Shown one piece after another: positions 10,885 through 22,899 of a stretch of DNA of 57,036 nt. Position 1 is the first letter of the stretch; every line of letters starts with the position of its first letter. This stretch comes from Octopus bimaculoides (lineage: Eukaryota): positions 91,359,974 through 91,417,009 of the forward strand of contig NC_068985.1 in NCBI RefSeq assembly GCF_001194135.2. Direction: 5' to 3'. Below the pieces are notes generated by a model. That model had not been told where the DNA came from. It ran no database searches and worked only from the letters and a program-made list of their open reading frames with translations. The position numbers were made by a program, and so were the translations under genes.

Positions 10885-13800
10885 AATTGCGAAAAAAAAA
10901 ACAGAAACAACTTCGTCACTCACAGCTCAAAAGTTTAGAATTAAACTGAATGTTTGCTCATCTGTGTAGCACTTAAACAATCTAGAATTAAATAATGTTG
11001 CGCGCAGCAGCGTTGAAAATGTATTCCTGTAAAATCATTCCTAACGCATTCGAATATTATCGAAATTTACGCGTATGTATTCCATGTATCGTGCTTCGTA
11101 AGACATTACTCAGTTTATATATATGGTGTTGTTTGTCACTAACAATGGGGCATAAATTTTTTTGTCATATCTACCCGTGGTAATGTTTCATTCTGAAGAT
11201 GAGTATGTTTCCCGAGGAATTTCAATGAGATCTATTACATTTTATTCTTAGGTTAAATTTCTTTAATTTTTAAATTCTGTATTTCTATTAATGGTTTACT
11301 ATTATCGAAGAGGTTATTCTCTTATCACTTAAAATGTTTTGACATACGTAAATGACGTCAGTGAATTTTAGGCGTCGTTTAAAATTTTATGAATTTGTGT
11401 CAGTAGAGATTATGCATTAGTACGACGGAACTGCCAGAATGTACCTACTGTTGCTCGTATTTAAAAAAAAAAGTATAATAAATCACCAGGATCAAGTGCG
11501 AAAACTATGTAAACTCACTTTTTTAGACACATGTGTGATCGTGTATGTCGAATGTGTGTGTCTATGTATGTATGAAATTTCAATCTCCCTAACTCCAGCG
11601 TTTTATATAAGAATGAATTAGAACTTTTTAACATGCCTCATAGGTCTGTTACCATACTTATCCCAACTCCAGTGATTAATAAATCTCCTCTCAAAACGTC
11701 ACTCTACCATTGCACGCTGAATGACAACCCATTCTTCAACATTATTGCCCGGATCATTCGATCCTAAGCAGTTCATATTCTAGCAGAATTAAGCAATAAT
11801 TTTCTAGTGCACTGCGAGGCTTATGATCTGCTGCTAATCGTCATCTCACACTGCAAAGAAGACGCAACATCATAGCTTCGAAAACGAAAGTTATTAAAAC
11901 ATACATCTGGTAGCAATGCTCAAATTATATGGCAAGATGTCAGCGTTTATATGAATCTACCTATTCGGTTGACACATTTAATAAAGATGATTGCATGTAT
12001 AAAGATATGTGTATATACGTGTGAGTATAATTCCGTGTGTTTGGGTTGATGTATATATACACATATGCATACACGCACATATATATCTGTGTATGTGCGT
12101 GTTTACATATACATACATATGTTTATATATATATATATATATATATNNNNNNNNNNNNNNNNNNNNNNNNNNNNNNNNNNNNNNNNNNNNNNNNNNNNNN
12201 NNNNNNNNNNNNNNNNNNNNNNNNNNNNNNNNNNNNNNNNNNNNNNNNNNNNNNNNNNNNNNNNNNNNNNNNNNNNNNNNNNNNNNNNNNNNNNNNNNNN
12301 NNNNNNNNNNNNNNNNNNNNNNNNNNNNNNNNNNNNNNNNNNNTGCGAATCAGTTGAAGAAAGGCAACGATTCAGTGCTGAAATGACGTCGCAGATTAAA
12401 TCTTGTCCATCTAACCAATCGTGGTTGAACTTGTTAATTCTTCGCATCTCTGCACTGCATTAGGTGTTGACTAACGTCCTTCACTTTAATCTTCAGCACA
12501 TTAGATCATCAAAGACGAGCACCGCTATCGTTCTTTTTTTCATAATACACATGTATTTCTGAGTTCGTGTGTGTTTGTTTATATGTACATACATGTATGT
12601 ACATCTGTGTATTGTGTGGCTGCATGTATGCAGGAGTGCATTTGTGCATGCGAAGATAGAGTCAGCGCAATCATCACGAATTCCAACATTCCCTGTATAT
12701 TCTTAACAGAAAGAAAGTGCATATCTACCGGTGAATTTGAAACAATAATACTGTTTTCATCAGTGAAGGAGAATGTTGTGTTATAGTTGTTATAGAACAA
12801 TATGTGGTTGCAAGAATTCATTAAGTTATTTTTTCTCTGTATCCTCCTATAAGCCAACAGCACAACCGATTTATAAGGCCTGCAGCAGAGAGGAAGACGT
12901 AACTCCTTGCAACTCCCTGAATTGTACAATTCAGCAGATTAGGCTGGTGCAACGCGATGCAAGTTGCCTTCCTCAATGCGGAAAATATTTCTTTTACAAT
13001 GAATATAGTTATATAGTTTATGGTAGAATGTTTCAAATACTTATTAAACCAAACACGCACATTGATGTAGTTAATCCTTATAAGCTATGTAAACTCCCGC
13101 CGAACTTGAAGATTAAGGAAAATTATTTAAACAATTACCATGCACCTTATTTGTCAGAAGTCGATAACGTTGCTGACATTGACATTTTGACATACTGCTT
13201 GCTTTGCTGGCATATTGATTCGTTCTCGTGAAGCAGTGTCTTTGTTTCAGACATATTTTGAAACTAAAGCAACGAAGATGCATATTTCTTGCATCAGTAT
13301 GTGCTATACAAATTCATTCACGTTTACCTTAGTTAAAATAGCATACCAGAGGGAGTCACATGTTCTTACTTAAATGTCTCAGCTTCATATGTTCACTTAC
13401 ATAATTCCCATAATAATTTGTATTCATGATGCAATCCAGATAGAAGTATTATAAATGATAGAACTATTTACTTGCATGAAATAATATACGAAATATTCAC
13501 CTGTTTTGCGTCTCTAAGGTGTCTGTTGGTACTTAAATATGCACTTAGATAGGTTCATACTCTATCTGTATGGATTACATAAAGTTTCCTCCAAAGCTAA
13601 CGATAACAATTTCACATAACTATTATACAACTCAATCTGTGACAGGATAATGAAAGAGTTTCCTAAATCGTATTCGCCGCACACTTCAAAATTTTGTGAA
13701 ATTTGTTTTGGTGCTACGTACTCCCAAGCTACAATGTTACCTAGAAATATTTTCACGGTACTATCGTTCGGTATCAATACGAAGTTTTGAAATACTTAGG

Positions 13801-13885
13801 AAAATGCCACAGGTGTCTTGTAATAATTAAACTACTCAACGACAATCTATTTAAATGAAATAAAGTATCTTTCAGAGAATAAATA

Positions 13886-14270
13886 GGCGCAGACGTAACT
13901 GTGTGATAAGAAGATTGATTCCCAACTGGTATCGGTCCCACTGCGTGGAACCTTGAGCAAGTGTTTTCAACTCTATCCCCTAGCCTCGTAGGTAGTTATG
14001 GTAGAGAGCAACCGGAAGAAGCCATTGTTACTTATGTGTGAGTGTGTGAACTTTGTGTCTTTGTTTGCACCCCAACATCCTTTAATAACCGGTGTTTGTG
14101 TGTTTACATCCATGAAACCTTGTGGTCCGGTAAACATTTACGATACATTAAGCATTAGACTTTAAAAGAAGGAATAAGTAGTCAGGACGATTCATTCAAA
14201 TAAAATCCTCCAACTCGGTGCTCCAGCATGGTCACAGACTAATGACTGAATGAAATAAAAGATAAAAGAT
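13886..14270 (+). mobile_element. Older, diverged SINE family A copy
   Basis: ggcgcagacgtaactgtgtgataag head, gtcccactgcgtggaaccttgagcaagtg body, ggtgctccagcatggtcacag tail. Confidence 0.8.
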
Positions 14271-15219
14271 AACTACAAAGATACAGAGGGCGGATAATAT
14301 ATCGATTAAGAACAGCAATAGTGATTTAGAGATTTAGAGAATGTATACTTATTCATAATTCATCTGCACAAGATTTTATCCGTACAACCAGCAAGATAGG
14401 ATTTATAATAAATGAATAATTAAATCATTGAATAATATATATTTAGAAGTGGTGTTTAAAGCGTCAAGTAATGAAATAGCCATTTATAGCAACACTTCCT
14501 ATTAAAAGTTGATAGTATGAAAGAAAAGGCGCTGGAATATGGCTATCGACATATTAAACATTCAAAGCCTCTAAACAAAATATATTTATCCACGAGCACT
14601 CTAAACAGATAAAAAAGAACTCTAAGATGTTTTGATTCTATTCTTTCATTTTGTCTATTCATGCAAACATCCAAGCTGCCTTCGTGAAAATAAATTCTGT
14701 TCTTAGCTATAGTTCAAAGTCTTCGTCTATCTAGATGTACGAAAGATGCACTCGGACACTGTTGTACTTGGTGATGATTAAAATGTCTGCAGGTAAAATA
14801 TTCTGTAGAGAACACTCCTGCTATATTGATGTAAGAACGAAAGATTGCAACATATTGCGTTATCATACGAAAATCGCTCACATAAACTTTGATTAAATAC
14901 ATAGTACATTAGTATGTGTTTAAGTGTTTCTGTCTATTTATGTATATATTTTGAATAGGAAAACTGTACTGCATAGTGTGTATGCTTTCGAAATATGAGG
15001 AAGGTGTCAGTTCGTCTTCGGGAATGCGTTAATGATTAATGAATATAATATATTTAATGTCTGGGGTATGGATTTTTAATCACATTCACTGATTAACTAC
15101 ATATTTTCTTAGAGAAAGGAAAGCTGCACTGTAATAGCACTTCTCTTTTTACGCTTCTTCTAACTGAAATCAACGACACATTTTAATACATCACATATCG
15201 GTATGGAAAAATTATAAAG

Positions 15220-15275
15220 GATAGATAGATAGATAGATAGATAGATGGATAGTTAGAAAGATACATAGATAAATA
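15220..15275. repeat. (GATA)n microsatellite
   Basis: Read directly. Confidence 0.92.
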
Positions 15276-16483
15276 GATGTATAGATATAGGTATACACAG
15301 TTCCGATGGGTAATTTGTTGCCATCTTCTTTTAATTCGGCGCAAGCGCCTGATTTTATCGACTACACAGTTTAGCAGGATAGGTTGCGCACTGTCTGTGA
15401 GATAAAAGGCACCGCCTTTATTATTACACCACGAACGATAGTGAGCAATACTAGCTCAATTCTCTTCTGCAGAAAGAATTGAATATAACTGAAATATCAA
15501 CAAACTTCGATAAAATAGCTTTCAAAATATACAAACGTAATAGTGGCTGCTCTACACCGTCCGTTCTTTAATAGATTTTCCTAGCATAGTTTAAAGTTCC
15601 TGCAATTCATTGCCTTGAGTACAGAGTACAAAATCTAAAGAAATATTTATTCGGACATGTATTGAATATAAATCGTATAGAAATTATGTCGAACGTGTGT
15701 ATGAAGAAAAAAAACCTACCCAATATTATGCTTTGTGTTGATACCCAAAATGTCTAACAATATTAATTTAATACAGAGAGGAAACGGATACGTATAAATA
15801 TTAAATGAAATGGTAACATATACAATTCAGTAACGTGGAAACATAATTAAGTAAATTAATTTAACAATCAACAGATATACGCAAATATGTTTTCCAGTCA
15901 TGATCACGTGATGTATAATTGATTGATATCAGGCTTACTGTGAATAAGAAAACAGCGTCTATACGTTACCACACAAATTGTTTATACTCTGATGAACATA
16001 ATATTTAGCTGTATTGTGTAATGTCACGCATTAGACATTAAAAGCCTTTACATGAAATCACTGTTTATAAACTGTTGGCTTAAGAATTTTCTTTGCTATT
16101 CGTTACATTCTGCGTTTGTAATAATAAAATGAAATAATAGGACGCCTAACCGCGGCTTAATAGTTGAATCTCTTATGACCTGTATCACTCGAGTTGTATG
16201 ATTCAATAATCATTAAATACGTAATGATTAAATAAAATATTAACACCCAGGTTTTCAGATATAATTACTTTATTTATGTATGTATATACGTATGTATGCA
16301 TGTATGTATCTATGTATCTATGTTTGTATACATACGTGTACCAATATTCTCATGTGGTAGCGTAATAATTACTGAACGATAGCCCCTACATGAAAAAATA
16401 TGTAATCTTGTTAGCCCCTACTCTTTATATATATGTATATACATATATGTATATATATATATGTGTTTGTATGTGTATGTATA

Positions 16484-16534
<51 letters not shown>

Positions 16535-17636
16535 NNNNNNNNNNNNNNNNNNNNNNNNNNNNNNNNNNNNNNNNNNNNNNNNNNNNNNNNNNNNNNNNNN
16601 NNNNNNNNNNNNNNNNNNNNNNNNNNNNNNNNNNNNNNNNNNNNNNNNNNNNNNNNNNNNNNNNNNNNNNNNNNNNNNNNNNNNNNNNNNNNNNNNNNNN
16701 NNNNNNNNNNNNNNNNNNNNNNNNNNNNNNNNNNNNNNNNNNNNNNNNNNNNNNNNNNNNNNNNNNNNNNNNNNNNNNNNNNNNNNNNNNNNNNNNNNNN
16801 NNNNNNNNNNNNNNNNNNNNNNNNNNNNNNNNNNNNNNNNNNNNNNNNNNNNNNNNNNNNNNNNNNNNNNNNNNNNNNNNNNNNNNNNNNNNNNNNNNNN
16901 NNATATATATATATATAAATAGTGAAGATTGAATTGTAAGCTTAACTACATCATTCGGTTGCTTTCTGCAGCACTCGATTCCAAATGTTCATTTGCGTTC
17001 AACTAGTATAGATTCGAGCTTATGACAATATACAGAACTTCAGGAGTACGTATCGAATCAAATCAGAAAATAACATATAGGATATTATTTAACGCTAATA
17101 TATTTGTGACATTATTAAGGAAATATACTGCCCAATATCCATAAGTCAAACAGGTAAATCGATTAAATTTACGGGAATATAGTCATATTATATATTATGA
17201 TATATTGAACATTAACATTTACTTTTGATTGGTAATCTTTCAAAGAATATTACTTCTGATTTATCAGGTAATAAATATATCTTTACGTCCGGTCAATAAT
17301 TCTGTTTATGGGAGATAGCCGTGATGAAAATTAATTCAAAGTTATTTCAACGATTTGTCATATAACTGTCTAGAAAAATATGATAGATCAAATACAGAAA
17401 CTAGTTCATATTAATTATAAATATTTAAGTGTGTTACTTAAATGATATTACATAATTTATCATGTTTCTATTTTATAGATTGATCAAACTGAGATGCATT
17501 TAGGTTTTGTTATAATCCTTCTATGAGGAACAGTAATATAGAAAACACCTGGTTTGCAATTTTCTCCTTTTAGTCATGTCTCTTTATATTTTTCCATCAA
17601 ATAACCATCGATGTGGACTTCAGTTTTTAAGATTTA

Positions 17637-17842
17637 AAGTGCGGCGAGTTGGCAGAGCGTTAGCACACTGGGCGAAATGCTTAGCGATATTTCGTTTGGA
17701 GTTCAAATTCCGCCGTAGTGAAATTGCCTTTCATCCTTTTGGAGTCGATAAATTAAGTACCAGTTTCGTACTAGGGTTGATATAATCGACCGCCACCTCC
17801 CCCAAAATGTCGGACCTTGTGCCTTGAGTAGACAATAATATC
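17637..17842 (+). mobile_element. tRNA-derived SINE, family B, copy 1
   Basis: gcggcgagttggcagagcgttagcac head, GAGTTCAAATTCC B-box, ttgcctttcatccttttggagtcgataaattaagtaccag core. Confidence 0.88.
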
Positions 17843-17844
17843 TA

Positions 17845-18040
17845 AAGGGCGGTGAGTTGGTAGAATCGTTAGCACACCGGGCGAAATGTTAAAATTCCGC
17901 CGAGGTCGACTTTGCCTTTCGTCGTTTTGGGTTCGATTAAATAAGTACTAGTTACGCACTGTGGTCGATGTAATCGACTTAATCCCTTTTTCTCTCCTTG
18001 CTTGTCTCTTCTATGTTTAGTCCCCTGTGGGCGATAAAAA
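17845..18040 (+). mobile_element. SINE family B, copy 2 (head-to-tail with copy 1)
   Basis: ggcggtgagttggtagaatcgttagcacaccgggcgaaat...aaattccgccgaggtcgactttgcctttcgtcg. Confidence 0.88.
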
Positions 18041-18559
18041 TCGATGTAAATCCACTTATTCTTATCATATAGTATTTTTTTACTGCTGACCTCTGTCTAA
18101 CGTTATCGTCCATTTATTAACTAAATGAAAGATGACGTTGTAAAAACTAAAAAGATCAGTAAAAAATTCCTGCAAGCTATGCAACCATGTCACTCAGCAA
18201 CGTAAATTCTTTACAATGATAAGAATTCCTGATATAGTTAGGAGGGAGGAAAAGAGAAAATCAGAGAGGGAGTGAACGAGAGAAAAATGGATGGCCTGCA
18301 GTTCTAAATTATATTCCTTCAGAATGCTACTGCATTAGTCGATCAATTCAGCACACAAAAGATGGGTACTCTAATGAATATTATATTTACAAACTTGTAA
18401 CCAGTTCAAATATGGTTGAGGCATATGTGATACCGTAAGGAAGTCATTCCCTGTATTCCTGGAGTCAAGTAAATTTCTCGCTGTAGACAGCTTACCTAAC
18501 CAGGCTGTGGTTCTTCTACTGTTGCTCTGTCTGCGTGATCTTGAAGCTACATAACAACT

Positions 18560-18735
18560 TCAAATTTTTGCCAGAAGGGTGGAGTCGATTACAAAGACTC
18601 CAGTATTCAAGTGGTCCTTATTTTAAAGACCCCGAAAAATAAAGGACAATGTCGATCTAGGCTGAATTTCAACTCAGAACGTAGCTACGGACGAAACCCC
18701 ACTAAGCATTGTGCTAACGATTCTGCCAGCTCGCG
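18560..18735 (-). mobile_element. SINE family B, copy 3
   Basis: Reverse complement of the family B head (gtgctaacgattctgccagctcgc) and core. Confidence 0.82.
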
Positions 18736-19109
18736 GTCTCAGAAGCTGTATAATAATGTAAGAATTCAGAAATATTCTGAATAATCGAAATTAACATATA
18801 TTTCTAACATACTGCTCACATATAAAGAGCAATTTTTATTGTAGTTGAATATTGTTACTGTGAGTACAAGAATTTTATTCCGTTTAAATAAATAGTATCA
18901 CAGTCTAAATGCATATATAGACTAATATCAACAAATATAGGCAAAATAGAGAGGTTCCCCTTCGCCTTACGCCACTCTTTTCTGAACCAAAATATGGGAT
19001 ACAAATTTTTGTTGCATGGGAACAAAACTATGAAATTCGTCATGCTTTCTTCTATCATTGATGCTAAGATGAATATATTTTGCTTTTAAGACAAAAAAAA
19101 AAGAAGTTA

Positions 19110-19176
19110 TTTAGATCAAACTTGATTGGTGACGTTACTTATTCTCCTATAACGTTGCTACAAAGTTTGATGTAAA
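19110..19176 (+). ncRNA. Pre-miRNA-like hairpin (candidate)
   Basis: Folded by hand: about 24 bp of stem including 3 G-U pairs, arms TCAAACTTGATTGGTGACGTTA and TAACGTTGCTACAAAGTTTGA, 12-nt loop. It matches no conserved miRNA I recognise. Confidence 0.3.
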
Positions 19177-20159
19177 CATTTTTATACTGGATCAAATCTC
19201 AATGTTGTTGTGCCAATATGTAGCTAAGGACCAGTTCTCTTCAATCATGTTGACAGTTTTCAATTTGGTTAAGAACTGAAATAGTGACAAGCTCTGAAGG
19301 ATACTGCGTGTGAGTAAATTGTGGCTTTAAGAATATTATTAAACTAAAACCGTGAGTGACAACATTAGGGAAACACATGAAACCCTCTACTAACAACGAA
19401 ATATTCATTTATCGAAAATAAAATGTCAAGCTTTTAGCAATAATCAATGAGTTATGACATAAACACAAGTACAAGTAATCATTTGTAAATCAGATGCTCA
19501 TACAAGTACACACACACACACATACATACATCAACACACAAACGCACATACACACTCACACACACACGCATACATCCATACATACAGAGTCAGACACACA
19601 CAGACATACATACTCAAGCTAACACACTCAAGAAGTTATAATCCAGAGAGTATAAAGGCCTAATGAAACAAATTAAAACTTCTAATTTTGTCTCGAAACG
19701 CTTTGTGTAATCCATAGTTAAATTATTCAGCTATAAACCACCAATTACAGTTCCATGTACTCCTTCAGAAATTAATATTTGCTTTAGATTTTAATTTAAA
19801 ATAATTTCCCTGGAATTAATCAGAACGTGTTAGTCTTAAACAAAAGGATAATATTTTCAAACAAAATATATGATACAATATCTGCGACCACAGTGAAAAA
19901 ACACATACACGTATTCACCGACATAGCCATACATACAAGCACACCCACATACATCTAATTCAAGTATAGAAAGGCCTCGAAATAATTTAATGAAAAAAAG
20001 AAAATGTTAAATGTTAGTTGAATAGACACGTCGTACTTGCTGCTCTGAATTCTTTCAACCAAAAAATATCACTAACAAAGTCTCAACTGGTTTTGCAGTA
20101 GAATTCACCCACAAATATATATTAGTCACAAGTGTTGGTACAAGACCAGTATATTCCGA

Positions 20160-20339
20160 GGGAGGGGCTATGTCGATTACATCCACTCGACTGCTAAACT
20201 GATGCTTATTTCATTGACCCCGGAATGATGAAACACGATTTTGACCTCGGCGGCATTTGAACCGAGAATGTAAGGAAGGATGAAATACAGCTAAGCATTG
20301 CGCCCGGCGTGCTAACGATTCTGCCAACTCACCACCTTA
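20160..20339 (-). mobile_element. SINE family B, copy 4
   Basis: ...gcccggcgtgctaacgattctgccaactcaccacctt is the reverse complement of the family B head. Confidence 0.85.
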
Positions 20340-20354
20340 TCCGCAAAGCATATT

Positions 20355-20570
20355 CTTTTCTAGTCTAGGCACAAGGTCCGAAATTGTGGAGGAGGCCAGT
20401 CGATTAGATCGGTACCAATACGCAAGTGGTACTTAATTTATCGATCTCCCAAAAGGATGAAATGCAAAGTCGACTTCAGAGGAATTCGAACTCAGACCAT
20501 AAAGACAAAGAAATACCGCTAAGCATTCAACTCGGCGTGCTAACCAACTTTCTGCCAGCTCACCGCCTTA
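20355..20570 (-). mobile_element. SINE family B, copy 5 (tandem with copy 4)
   Basis: ggtacttaatttatcgatctcccaaaaggatgaaatgcaaagtcgac core and ctgccagctcaccgcctt head, both reverse complement. Confidence 0.87.
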
Positions 20571-22007
20571 TCCATAGACCATATTAATATAACACTAATC
20601 TTACCCATTACCGGGATGATTAAGTATTCGTTAAATAACATACCGAACATTAACATAGTTAAAATAATGTTTGCAAAAGAGCAGTGATTAGATTTGAAGA
20701 GAAGAGTTGGGTCGAAAGCAGTTACCTCTCCTGTATATCATTCTGATACACAAAGATTTAGTATTTGATTAGTTCTCCAGAGTACTGTCTACCATCAAAG
20801 CTTGCATAATTTCGTCGCTCATCTAAAACCTGGCTGACACAATTCTGTTTCCTCTACTAAAAATCACAGACTGTCCTCTAACTATAAGCCAATTTATCTG
20901 CTTTGTGTGTCATGTTTTTGTTGTTTGCTTCCGTTTGTTGCTTTTTTTGCATTTAACCGTGGGATTATTTAATGACAATTTATTATATCGTTTAATTATT
21001 TTGTTTTGTTTTATTTTTTCAGCTGTACATTTTTGCGTGTCTGGTTTTATTTTTCCTCACTTTGGATTATGGTTTTATTGTATTGCTTTATTTTGAAGTT
21101 GTGAATTGTTAATTGTTGCTTTGAGACTAACGATCTTTCCTATTCATATTCCACTCCTGCTTAATTCCTGTCTCTTTCCAATTTCCCTTCTGTGCTATTA
21201 ATTAGTATTTATATATTTTCATTAAAATAATAAATTTATTTTAATGACAGACGTTTTAAAATCTCAGATTGAAAAATGAAACTGGGAATTGGAATGGATC
21301 AGAAAAAAAAATAACTGAAGCATTCACAAAGTGTAAGTATTGTCGAACAATGACAATCACAAACGAAACATACTTAGACGACATATATTACAAATCGATT
21401 TCAGATCTTGGCACATAGATGGTAATTTCGGGGGAGGGGTGATTCGATTACATAAATGGTACTTTTTTAATCGATCTCGAAAAATCGACTTTGGCAATAA
21501 TGTAAGTCAACACAGATAGACGGACTAAAAGCGGGGAAGATTTTTTTCCGATGAGCTATCCATTCTGACAGGTCACCGACCTACTCTAATGTTGCGTATT
21601 GAAGGTACTTAACATGCTCCAATTTTCAATGAAAATTGTAATTTTGAAGGAGGGGTAAATAAAATAAAATAATCATCTTCTAACAACTGGGCAAAATGTT
21701 TGTTTTTTTTTACCTTAAATATGCTGTAGAATTGATAATAGTCAACATACTGAAGCATTATGCCGAAGCACTTTGACACTTCTTAGTACACCGGAATATA
21801 AAGAAATGTACGAAAGCTGAACATGTGTGTTGTACGTGTATATGTGTCTGCCTGTGTATGCGTGTGTGCGTGTGTTTGTGTGTGTGTGTGTGTGTGTTCA
21901 CATGTTTTCATTCGCGTTAATACATGGCATTCAAAAAGCCTGTCTGCTGTATTTTATTGCAAAATAAATATTTAGACGCTGTATAAGACTACAAAAGAAT
22001 ATATTAG

Positions 22008-22673
22008 GGATCTATTTTAAAACGGGGGCGCCAGTATTTTCTTAACGAAACACTAACGAAACACTTTGAAACTTGGGACACTGGTAGAATGTGTCATATG
22101 AAACATCCTTTATTCTTAGTCTTCTTAACAAAAAAAAAAGGAATTCGCAAGTTATTCCATGTTAAAGTTGTCGTATTTCTGTAATTTCAACCAATCACTG
22201 ACGTCTATTCAACACAATAGAGTTACTGCTGGGCGGTCATAAAATGTTATTCCCTGTGACATATTTCATCCGGTTTAATCGTAATTCATACACATATATT
22301 GTTTATATAATAAATTACGCTGTGCGTATCTATGTGTGTAACAATTTTAGAGTTCGGATTCTAGAGTTAGGGTTAGTTTTAGGGTTAGGGTTACGGTTAC
22401 GGTTACGGTTAACAGTCTAGTTAGGGTTAGGGTTCGGGGATCAATACGATATACACCGTTACAGCGCTAACTGTTTTTAACTGAATAGACGTCAGTGATT
22501 AGTAGAAATTATCGAAATAAGACAATTTTTTACATGAAATAAATTCGAATACAAAAATATTTTTCTGTTCTATAACACAAAATAGATAAGTATACGAAGT
22601 TTGAAAGTCTTTCCGTACCAAAAACACTACATAAAACAAATGAAAACTGGCGCCCTCGTTTTTAAATAGATCC
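22008..22673. mobile_element. Non-autonomous DNA transposon (MITE), Merlin/IS1016-like termini
   Basis: 28-bp TIRs, GGATCTATTTTAAAACGGGGGCGCCAGT versus GGATCTATTTAAAAACGAGGGCGCCAGT (2 mismatches). Perfect 8-bp TSD TATATTAG at 22000-22007 and 22674-22681. The superfamily call is inferred from the GG termini plus 8-bp TSD. Confidence 0.85.
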
Positions 22674-22899
22674 TATATTAGACTTTACAAGACTTTAAAA
22701 AATACTTTGTAGGAGATGTTGAAATTGTCGTCCTTCATTTTCAATAGATACGTTGACTCTTCTATACTTGTTTTGAAATACATGCGCAGGATGAAAAACA
22801 TTAACTGCGGAGAGACATTTTGAACACCCTCTATATTCCATCTTTGCAGCAAACAAAAAAATATGATGCCAACTGTTCTCTTTCCTGATATTAAAAAAG

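Noticed and set aside
13562-13777. EYVAPK looks like a kinase APE motif
   Set aside because: No DFG, HRD or DxWSxG context
14735-14792. Possible first coding exons MYERCTRTLLYLVMIKMSA|gt here and MTGTNKEPRENILVEA|gt at 54246
   Set aside because: No supportable downstream exons or homology; such ATG...GT segments arise by chance
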